This document shows positions 18,368 through 25,933 of a stretch of DNA of 64,000 bases, one piece after another; the stretch's first letter is position 1, and every line of letters begins with the position of its first letter. The DNA is taken from contig CAXXFL010000001.1 in NCBI GenBank assembly GCA_963674965.2, positions 512,001 through 576,000 of the forward strand. The letters run 5' to 3'. The translations under genes were made by a program, and so were the position numbers. The notes beneath the pieces are model-generated. The model made no database searches. It was not told where the DNA came from and worked only from the letters and a program-made list of their open reading frames with translations. The DNA is from a bacterium (GTDB taxonomy: Bacteria > RBG-13-61-14 > DATKZS01).

Positions 18368-19815
18368 TGTACAGACCGGAGACATGCTTCACAAGTGTTC
18401 GGGCACATAGGTAACATATTTCCTCGCTTGCTCGCGCTCCTGCTATTGACCTATTTTTCCTCGACCTAAGTTTATCTATGCATCGATCACGTGGCCAGTC
18501 AAGGGCGGCGCAGCCGTCCCGCAGGGATTTACCCTTGACGGGCCTCGTGGAGATGCTATCGTCCTCATGGTCGAGAAAACCTTTTATCACGTTTGCCTCC
18601 AGCTATGGTCTCGCAGATCGACGACCATGATCCGTTGGCGGCAGTAATAAACCTCGATCACGCCGTCCACTTGTGTATTTCGCAAGCCGACCTTTTCACC
18701 AACGAAGGCCCGCCCCACCGGATAAAACTCGCCTTTGATTCTAACCGCCCCGCCCGGGTTCACCTTGCAAGTCGGCCAATCATCCCGATACCAGACTTCG
18801 GGCAGAGTCTCGGGATAGGCAAAGGGGCTCATCGCGTAACGGCTGGCCGGCGTGTTCATGTCCAGGGCCTCGTGGGGACGTTCATGGTTATAGCAGTCGC
18901 GAAAACGGTCGAAGGCTTTCTGACAGTCGTCCAGGTCGCCGAAGTTGCGTCCCCTTATCGCCTCCTCCTTAAGGGTCCGGTTGAACCGCTCGTTCTTGCC
19001 CTGGGTCTGGGGATGAAAGGGACGGCCGTGGCTGATGCCGACGCCGAGCCTGATCAGCCAGGCGCTCATGTAGTTGTAACGCGAGTTCGGCGCGCAGAAG
19101 CTCGATCCGTTGTCGGTAAGTATGCGGCTGGGCAGGCCGTAGCGCATGAAGACCGGCGCCAGGCTTGCCCGCACGGTGTCCGCCCGTTCGTTGGAGCAGG
19201 CGGTGACCGTCAACGCGAACCTGGAGTGGTCGTCCACCACGGTGAGAGGGTGACAGGAACCGGCCGCCGTCGGAAAATGTCCCTTGAAATCCATCTGCCA
19301 CAACTGGTTGGGAGCCTCTCGTTCGAAACGCTTCATGGGACCGCGAGCCTTGCGCTGGGCGTCCCGCAGCCTGCCGTTGCGGTCGAGGATCGCCGTGATC
19401 GTGCTCGGCCTTGGCACTTCGTCGTGACCAAGATCGATCAGCCGCCGCTCGATTTTGCGCCCTCCCCAGGTCGGATGCTCGTCGCGAACCGAAAGCACCA
19501 ACTGCTCGACCTCCGGGCAAACACGCTGGGGAGATCGCCTGGGACGGCGGGACCTGTCACATGCCCAGTCCTCTTCACCGCTTTGCCCACGGCTGATCCA
19601 CTTGTAGCCGGTGCGGCGACTGATACCGAATCGACGGCATAACTCGCTTATGTTGGAACCTGGCTGCATCGCTAAATAAACAAAATCCTTCCTCTGAGAC
19701 ACTTCGGTAACCTCATTCCATGGCATCTTTCTTCTCCTGTATTGACATACAGAAGAATGTACCAACTGTTACCCATGTCTCCGAACACCTGTTACCCATG
19801 TCTCCGGTCTGTACA
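18368..19815 (-). mobile_element. IS481-family insertion sequence, 1448 bp
   Basis: TGT...ACA ends; 19-bp perfect terminal IR tgtacagaccggagacatg extending imperfectly to ~50 bp; 4-bp target duplication CTCG at 18364-18367 and 19816-19819. Confidence 0.93.
18587..19726 (-). CDS. IS481-family DDE transposase
   Basis: MPW start, HTH (ELCRRFGISRRTGYKW), WQMDFKG, TDNG, PQTQGKNERFNRTLK, YNHERPH. Confidence 0.95.
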   Translation of the reverse strand: MPWNEVTEVSQRKDFVYLAMQPGSNISELCRRFGISRRTGYKWISRGQSGEEDWACDRSRRPRRSPQRVCPEVEQLVLSVRDEHPTWGGRKIERRLIDLGHDEVPRPSTITAILDRNGRLRDAQRKARGPMKRFEREAPNQLWQMDFKGHFPTAAGSCHPLTVVDDHSRFALTVTACSNERADTVRASLAPVFMRYGLPSRILTDNGSSFCAPNSRYNYMSAWLIRLGVGISHGRPFHPQTQGKNERFNRTLKEEAIRGRNFGDLDDCQKAFDRFRDCYNHERPHEALDMNTPASRYAMSPFAYPETLPEVWYRDDWPTCKVNPGGAVRIKGEFYPVGRAFVGEKVGLRNTQVDGVIEVYYCRQRIMVVDLRDHSWRQT

Positions 19816-20132
19816 CTCGACGCCGCTTTTCTTCCGAGCGGCTTGACGTGAGGCAAGCCGGCGTATTATTAGGCCTTGTCAAGCCAAGGCCATCGAAAGC
19901 GGTCTCAAGCGACCGCACTCCAAAGCGGCTATGCCGCAAAGAAAAGGACTTTTGCACAAAGCTCAACGTATAAATTATTCGACACAAAACGAAAATGACT
20001 TGGACCAGGTCTTTTTTACCGCTCCTGAATAAGCCCAAATTTTCTATTTCGCGTGATAAGCGAGGGATTCTATAACGCTTGTAAACGTCACCCCTCGAAG
20101 GAATTTCAAGTGACTCCACGAAAAAACCTTTT

Positions 20133-21545
20133 TCAGGATTTCCAGGTGGCGGATATCTTGAGGAAACGGATGAACAGCTCGGGGAGTTGGGCCTTATTGG
20201 GAAAGAGCCTCGCGATGCGCCATACGCGCCAAGGGCTAAGATAAAAACGCAAAAACGTCCGCTGGACCTTCTTCTTCAATACCGCGGCCGGCACCTCGGA
20301 CAGGTCGGTGGCGGGATCGAAATAATGCATGGCCTCGGCGTCCTCCTCGGTCTCGACGGGAGTAAGACCCATCTCGCGGGCCTGCTCGTATAGCTCGGTC
20401 CCCTTAAAGGGCGTGACGAACCAGAAGTTGGCCGTGTGAAGTCTGGACTCGAGCGCGTAGTCGAGGGTCAGGTCGATCTCGGCCTCGGTCTCGCCCGGGA
20501 AACCGACCATGAAAAAGCCGTCCACCATAATATCGAGACGGTCGGTCCACTCGATCACTTTTTTCAGCTTCTCGAGCTGCACGTGTTTCTTGATGAACTT
20601 CTGAAGGCGGGGAGAAGCCGTTTCCACCGCGTAGGTGATACGGTAGGTCCCGGCTTTCTTCAGCTTGCCCAAAAGCTCGGGCGTCATGATGTCGCCCCTG
20701 ATTCCGTTGGGGAAGGCGATGGTGAAATCCAGGCCCCTCTCGGCCACTCCATCGCAGATATCCACCAGTCTTTTCTTTTTCAGGTTGAAGCAGTCGTCCA
20801 CGAACAGGATTTCCCTCACCCCGAACCTGTCCCTTAGCTCGGCCATGTCGCTCAGCACCTTGTCCGCGCTCTGGGCCCGAAACTTCGTGCCGAAAATACG
20901 GTGGCAATAGGTGCACCGGTAGGGACAGGAGCGCGAGGTGGCCAGGCTGGCGTATTGCTTCCTGGCGTAGGTCGTGCCGAAGCGGGGCAGGTCCCAGTAG
21001 GCCTCGAGGTCGATGAGATCGTAGGCGGGGAGGGGAATCGCGTCCAGGTCCACCGTCTCCTCGCGCGGCTTGTTGACGACTATCTCGCCGCCGCTTTTAT
21101 ACCCGAGCCCCTCGATTTCCCCGGGCGACCCCTGGCCGGCGACGACGCGCTCGATCAGCTCGAGGGTCGTTATCTCCCCTTCCCCCTTGACCACGTAGTC
21201 CAGGTTGGGATCGAGCAGGGCCTTGTCGGGGGCCGTGCTGGCGTGAGGTCCTCCCGCGACGACGGGTACTTCCAGCTTAAGGCGCTTTACGGCCGCGCTT
21301 ACGTCGGCCATGTCCCTGGCCTCGTAGCTCATGGCCGATAGTCCGACCAGGTCGGGCTCGAACTCGAGCGCCTCTTTGGCCACGCTTTGGGCGGACATGT
21401 CGCGCTGGAGCATGTCGATAATCTTGATTTCCAGCCCGGGTACCCGGTCGCGAAGAAAAGCGGCCAGGCTCATGACCCCGAGCGGAGGCGCGTAATGCTG
21501 TCTAACCGACCTGTAACCGGCCTTGACGAGGACTATTCTGGCCAT
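20133..21545 (-). CDS. Cobalamin-binding radical SAM protein
   Basis: PPLG..SLAA, GGPHAS, GEGE, SRSCPYRCTYC, FMVGFPGET. Confidence 0.92.
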   Translation of the reverse strand: MARIVLVKAGYRSVRQHYAPPLGVMSLAAFLRDRVPGLEIKIIDMLQRDMSAQSVAKEALEFEPDLVGLSAMSYEARDMADVSAAVKRLKLEVPVVAGGPHASTAPDKALLDPNLDYVVKGEGEITTLELIERVVAGQGSPGEIEGLGYKSGGEIVVNKPREETVDLDAIPLPAYDLIDLEAYWDLPRFGTTYARKQYASLATSRSCPYRCTYCHRIFGTKFRAQSADKVLSDMAELRDRFGVREILFVDDCFNLKKKRLVDICDGVAERGLDFTIAFPNGIRGDIMTPELLGKLKKAGTYRITYAVETASPRLQKFIKKHVQLEKLKKVIEWTDRLDIMVDGFFMVGFPGETEAEIDLTLDYALESRLHTANFWFVTPFKGTELYEQAREMGLTPVETEEDAEAMHYFDPATDLSEVPAAVLKKKVQRTFLRFYLSPWRVWRIARLFPNKAQLPELFIRFLKISATWKS

Positions 21546-21560
21546 GGTGGGCGGGCTTTC

Positions 21561-23441
21561 CTATTTCTTTCCCTTGCCGATGGGCTTTCTCAGGGCCTGC
21601 CAAATCCGCTTGAAGAACCCCGGTTTTTCCGGCCCTTTCTTTGACAGGTCCGGAGGCGGGGGAGTGGCCGGGGCGGACGTCTTGGCCTGGGCGGACGCCG
21701 GGGGCACGTTAAAGGACAGGTCGCCCGCGCTATCCTCGAAATTGAGGGACGGTACCTTCTTGGCTGGAGGCGTCGCGGCGCCGGCGGCCTGTTTGGGAGC
21801 GGCCTTGGGCGGCGGGGTGGGAGCGGATATCTTTTTCTCCCGCGTGACCGTCGAGCCGATGACCTTTTGAACTTCCTTTTTCGGCGCCGGCTTCTTGGGC
21901 TGGATCAGGTCCTTTTTAAAGGTCTTCTGCATGGTGCTCGAGACCTGGAGCGTGCCGCTCTGCTCGACGCCGGTGTCCGGGTCCCGGGCCGTGACCTGGA
22001 GGATGCCCTCCATGTTGATGGTGAAAATGACCTCGACCTTGGCCTGGCCCTTGGCCGCCGGATGGATGCCCCGGAACACGAAGTCCCCGATGATCTCGCT
22101 TTTTGCCACCTGGTCCGTGTCTCCCTGCACCACCTTTATCTTGAGGGAGTCCTGGTTGTCACGCGAGGTGGTGAACACCTTCATCTTCTGGTTGGGGACC
22201 GGAGTGTTCCGTTTAAACACGTGCAGGACTTTTCCGCTTGGAAGACCGATGCCGATCCCGATGGGAAGAACGTCCAACAGCTGGATGTCGGACTGGTGGT
22301 TGACGATCGAGTCGGCCATCACCGCCGCGCCCAGGGCCACGGCCTCGTCGGGATGAACGTTCTTGGAGGGCTGCTTGCCGAAGAACTCCTCGACCCGCCG
22401 CGCCACGAGGGGAACGCGGGTCGAGCCTCCAACCAGCAGCACCGAGTCGATCTGGTCACTGGTCCAGCCCGAGTCGTCGATCACGTGCCGGGTCACCTCG
22501 AGCGTGTGATCGATAAGCGGGCCCAGCATGGCCTCGAACTGGTCGCGCGTCACCGTCACGTCCAGGTTGAGAGGGCCCTCCGGCCCCATGGCGATATATG
22601 GAATATGTAGCCTGGCCTCGCTCCGGGTCGAGAGGTCTATCTTGGCCCGCTCGCAGGCGTCCTTCAGCCGCTGGTGGCTCATGGGGTCCTTGGCCAGGTT
22701 GACGCCGTGGGCTTTCTCGAACTCGGCCACCACGTGCTCGACCAGCTTGTTGTCGAAGTCGACGCCGCCCAAAAAGGTGTTGCCGCCGGTGGCCTTGACC
22801 TCGAAGACGTTGTCCCGGAGCTCGAGGATGGAAACGTCGAAGGTCCCGCCGCCAAGATCGAATATGGCCACGCGCTGCTTGAGTCCCTTCCCGTAGCCGT
22901 AGGCCAGGGCCGCCGCCGTGGGCTCGTTGATGATCCGGAGCACCTCGAGTTGCGCGATGCGGCCGGCCTCCCGAACCGCCTGGCGCTGGCGGTCGTTGAA
23001 ATAAGCGGGCACCGTGACCACGGCCTGAGTGATCTCCTGCCCGAGCATGTCCTGGGCCGTGTTACGGATATGATCGAGGATCATGGCCTGGATTTCCTCG
23101 AGGGCGTACGAGTCCTTGCGGAGCCGGATCGAGACGTCGTCCGACTCGCCCTCCTCGATCTTGTATCTTACGTGTTTCTCGATCTCGTCGATTATGTTCG
23201 AATGGATGTCGCGGCCCACCAGCCGCTTCGAGCCGAAGACCGTGTTGATGGGGTTGATCTCGCTCTGGCGCTTGGCCGCCTGTCCCACCAGCCTGTTGCC
23301 CTTTTCGTCCACGGCCACGATGGATGGAATGGTGTAGCTGCCGCCGGTGTCCGATATGACTCGCGGCTTGCCATTTTCCACTATCGCGCAGACCGAGTAG
23401 GTGGTACCCAGATCTATTCCGACGACGGCGCCCTCGCTCAT
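21561..23441 (-). CDS. Hsp70/DnaK-family protein with a Pro/Ala-rich C-terminal tail
   Basis: GIDLGTT, TVPAYFND.QRQA, INEPTAAALAYG, DLGGGTFD, LVGGSTRVP. Confidence 0.93.
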   Translation of the reverse strand: MSEGAVVGIDLGTTYSVCAIVENGKPRVISDTGGSYTIPSIVAVDEKGNRLVGQAAKRQSEINPINTVFGSKRLVGRDIHSNIIDEIEKHVRYKIEEGESDDVSIRLRKDSYALEEIQAMILDHIRNTAQDMLGQEITQAVVTVPAYFNDRQRQAVREAGRIAQLEVLRIINEPTAAALAYGYGKGLKQRVAIFDLGGGTFDVSILELRDNVFEVKATGGNTFLGGVDFDNKLVEHVVAEFEKAHGVNLAKDPMSHQRLKDACERAKIDLSTRSEARLHIPYIAMGPEGPLNLDVTVTRDQFEAMLGPLIDHTLEVTRHVIDDSGWTSDQIDSVLLVGGSTRVPLVARRVEEFFGKQPSKNVHPDEAVALGAAVMADSIVNHQSDIQLLDVLPIGIGIGLPSGKVLHVFKRNTPVPNQKMKVFTTSRDNQDSLKIKVVQGDTDQVAKSEIIGDFVFRGIHPAAKGQAKVEVIFTINMEGILQVTARDPDTGVEQSGTLQVSSTMQKTFKKDLIQPKKPAPKKEVQKVIGSTVTREKKISAPTPPPKAAPKQAAGAATPPAKKVPSLNFEDSAGDLSFNVPPASAQAKTSAPATPPPPDLSKKGPEKPGFFKRIWQALRKPIGKGKK

Positions 23442-23477
23442 ATTGTTAAGACTCTTACCTCTCCGTAAAGATTTTTA

Positions 23478-23507
23478 ATTGTAGCAGGCGGTTATGATCC
23501 TTGTCAA
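23478..23507 (-). promoter_or_regulatory. Sigma70-like promoter for hsp70-radical SAM
   Basis: Minus strand TTGACA-N18-TACAAT with TG extension. Confidence 0.55.
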
Positions 23508-23623
23508 AACCATCAAGCCATGAGGCTTTCTATATAGTATAGCTGAATTGTCCCGTTTTTTTAATAAAGTTTTAATCTATTTTATAGAGGGCATGAAGTC
23601 AAGTAAAGTCCAAGCCGATGATA

Positions 23624-23809
23624 GAGCCTCTTGCAAAATTCCCGCTTTGGAGTGCGGCGGCTCGACGCCGCTTTTCTTCCGAGCGGCTTGACGCGAGGCA
23701 AGCCGGTGTATTAATAGGCCTTGTCAAGCCAAGGCCCTCGAAAGCGGTCTCAAGCGACCGCACTCCAAAGCGGCTATGCCGCAAAGAAAAGGACTTTTGC
23801 ATGAAGCTC
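23624..23809. repeat. 186-bp MITE/REP-doublet element, intact copy 2
   Basis: Imperfect TIR gagcctcttgcaaaa/ttttgcatgaagctc; flanking GATA direct repeat; internal inverted GGAG-REP pair. Confidence 0.9.
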
Positions 23810-23816
23810 GATAGAT

Positions 23817-23858
23817 AAAACAAGGCCCCGGGGAAAAACCGCCGGGGCCTTGATTTTT
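23817..23858 (-). terminator. Intrinsic (possibly bidirectional) terminator after atpE
   Basis: caaggccccgg...ccggggccttg stem with A/T runs on both sides. Confidence 0.7.
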
Positions 23859-23872
23859 GGTTGATGTTAAAG

Positions 23873-24202
23873 TTACGGAGACCACTTCGTAAGGATCATG
23901 ATCTCGACGACCAGCGAGTAGATGACCAGGGACTCGATAAGGACGAGACCCAAAATCATGGGAACGAACATCTTATCGGCCGCGCCGGGGTTTCTGGCGA
24001 TACCCTCGAGCGCCGACGAGGCGGTACGACCCTGCGCGATGGCGCCGCCCAGCGAGGCGATAGCCATGCCGAGGGCCGCCGCGAAGAGGGCGTAATCCAT
24101 GAATTTGCTGATGTTGCTTCCGCCGTCCTCGGCGAGAGCGTTTCCGCCGACCAGAAGGACCATAAGGGCCAGCGACATTACCGCGAAACGTTTCATTTTC
24201 AT
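23873..24202 (-). CDS. atpE: ATP synthase Fo subunit c with a signal-like N-terminal extension
   Basis: AQG...IARNP...LIESLVIY. Confidence 0.93.
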   Translation of the reverse strand: MKMKRFAVMSLALMVLLVGGNALAEDGGSNISKFMDYALFAAALGMAIASLGGAIAQGRTASSALEGIARNPGAADKMFVPMILGLVLIESLVIYSLVVEIMILTKWSP

Positions 24203-24297
24203 TTACTTCTACTCCTTTCCTTTTTTCACTCTTTTTCGATTTTTCGCTCGATTGTATTTTTTGCCGGGGCTGGAGCTATGCCCCCAACGCTAATAAC

Positions 24298-25053
24298 CTA
24301 GTGTTCCTCGCCCTCCTCGTGGTGAGTGGCGAGAGCGAAGTAGATGGTGGCCAAGATGGCGAAGATGAAGGCCTGGAGAACGCAGACGATGATCCCGAGG
24401 CCCGTGAAGAAGGCCGGCACGAGGGGGGCCACCAGCATGAGGAAAATGCCCACGACAGTGTGGTCGGCCGTCATGTTGGCCATGAGTCGGATGGTGAGGC
24501 TGAGCACCCTGGCCGCGTGTCCGATAAGCTCGATGACGAAGTAAAGGGGCATCATGATAATAAGGACTATGTTCGGCGGCCAGGACGGGCTGAGGAAGTG
24601 CTTGATGTATCCAAGACCGTGGGCCTGTATACCGTAGATATGCGTCGCGAAGAAGACCACCAGGGCCATGGAGACCGTGATCGAGGCCTTGTCCGTCCCG
24701 GGCGCGAAGAAGGGCACCAGACCCAAAAGGTTGGCGAAGAGTATATAGAACCAGAGCCCGCAGACGATGGGAACGTACTTTTTATAACCGTGGCCGATGA
24801 TGTCCTCCATGAGCTTCATCATGAACTCCATCAGGGCCTCGAAGAGGTTGCGCACCGAGAAGCCGTCGTCGGGCAGAACGTCTTCGCCCTTGCCCACTAT
24901 CTTCGACCTGACCGCCAGCACGAGAAGGAAAAGGATCAGGGCGGAACAGCAGGCGTGAAACATTGGAATGTACTGGAAGTGCGCGGCTACAAAGCCGGCT
25001 TCTTCATGCGCGGGACCGAACAGCAGGGTGGCCCAGGTAAATCCGTGCTCCAT
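24298..25053 (-). CDS. atpB: ATP synthase Fo subunit a
   Basis: NLLGLVP, LSLTIRLMANMTADH, LQAFIFAILATIY. Confidence 0.95.
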   Translation of the reverse strand: MEHGFTWATLLFGPAHEEAGFVAAHFQYIPMFHACCSALILFLLVLAVRSKIVGKGEDVLPDDGFSVRNLFEALMEFMMKLMEDIIGHGYKKYVPIVCGLWFYILFANLLGLVPFFAPGTDKASITVSMALVVFFATHIYGIQAHGLGYIKHFLSPSWPPNIVLIIMMPLYFVIELIGHAARVLSLTIRLMANMTADHTVVGIFLMLVAPLVPAFFTGLGIIVCVLQAFIFAILATIYFALATHHEEGEEH

Positions 25054-25081
25054 ACTAATTACTCCTTGCCTGAAATTACAT

Positions 25082-25450
25082 CTAATCGTCGCGGTTTTTT
25101 ATCGCCTCGCGGTGGCCCAAAAGGCCCCCGATAAGCGCCGCGGCCATTATACTTGAAAGACCGATGATAAAAGGTATCGGGGCGACCAACTTAAGAGCGA
25201 CCAGCGCGATAACGGCGGCGTAAAGAAACAGGACCTTGAGCGTCAGGTTGGCCGTGAATCCTTTCTTCGAGCTTGCCCCGGTAATTAAGCTCCTTATTAT
25301 ACGCGAAAGCCACAAGAAATTCAAATACACCAAAACGCCGCCCATAAGTACCCCGGCGACGAACTTTACGGCCGGGTCGAAACCCGACCTTAAATACTCG
25401 ACCGCCCCGCCGGCGACGCCCACCGCCATCGAGTAGACAAGGACGCTCAC
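25082..25450 (-). CDS. atpI: ATP synthase protein I
   Basis: Four-TM protein with G..MGG..VYLNF.WL, directly upstream of atpB. Confidence 0.7.
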   Translation of the reverse strand: MSVLVYSMAVGVAGGAVEYLRSGFDPAVKFVAGVLMGGVLVYLNFLWLSRIIRSLITGASSKKGFTANLTLKVLFLYAAVIALVALKLVAPIPFIIGLSSIMAAALIGGLLGHREAIKNRDD

Positions 25451-25491
25451 GGCGACGTATCTTACGATCCGTTCACGCTCGGGTCCAATCT

Positions 25492-25758
25492 CTACCGCGG
25501 CTCATCCTCCTTGTCCATGGTCTTTTCGCGAAGTTCTTTGGCCGCGCGAAAGAAAGCCCTCGCCCCGGCCGCGATCCCGCAGAAAAGAAAGAACAACGTA
25601 AACCAGGGGCTGCTCAAGCCGTCGAAAACCTTCATGTCAACGTACCAGCCGATCCCAACCCCGATAAGGACCGCGATGCCCATCTCGAGGCCAACGCTCC
25701 CGTACTGGAGCAGCTCGAAATATTGCTTGCGGTAGCTCGATTTTCCTTTCTTTTCCAA
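25492..25758 (-). CDS. AtpZ/AtpI-family membrane protein
   Basis: SVGLEMGIAVLIG.GIGWYVD...PWF; TTG start with aggaggg RBS. Confidence 0.75.
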   Translation of the reverse strand: MEKKGKSSYRKQYFELLQYGSVGLEMGIAVLIGVGIGWYVDMKVFDGLSSPWFTLFFLFCGIAAGARAFFRAAKELREKTMDKEDEPR

Positions 25759-25831
25759 CGGCTCCCTCCTTGGCCCGGAACCGCCCCGGAAAACCGTAAA
25801 CGCTGGGCCAAGCTTCGCGTAAGAGTCTATT

Positions 25832-25860
25832 TTTCTAACATGGAAGGCGGCCCCTGTCAA
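25832..25860 (-). promoter_or_regulatory. Sigma70-like promoter of the atp Fo operon
   Basis: Minus strand TTGACA-N17-TAGAAA with TG extension. Confidence 0.5.
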
Positions 25861-25933
25861 CAAAAGCGCGGCCGAATATGCGCCCCGTTTTAATATTATC
25901 CGTTCACTATCGGGCGGTTATAAAAAGTAAAAG

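Larger units (their letters stand above)
18327..19964. repeat. 186-bp MITE/REP-doublet element, copy 1, interrupted by an IS
   Basis: 18327-18367 plus 19820-19964 reassemble to 186 bp matching 23624-23809 with 6 substitutions. Confidence 0.9.

Noticed and set aside
18321-18590. 89-aa ORF after the transposase
   Set aside because: Runs through the IS end into the MITE; most likely a chance frame
19766-19806. Direct repeats as a possible mini-CRISPR
   Set aside because: Only two units with a 5-nt gap, part of the IS terminal repeat, and no cas genes
19769-20119. ORF sharing peptide sequence with ORFs at 23599-23823 and 23618-23818
   Set aside because: The similarity is just translation of the repeated MITE
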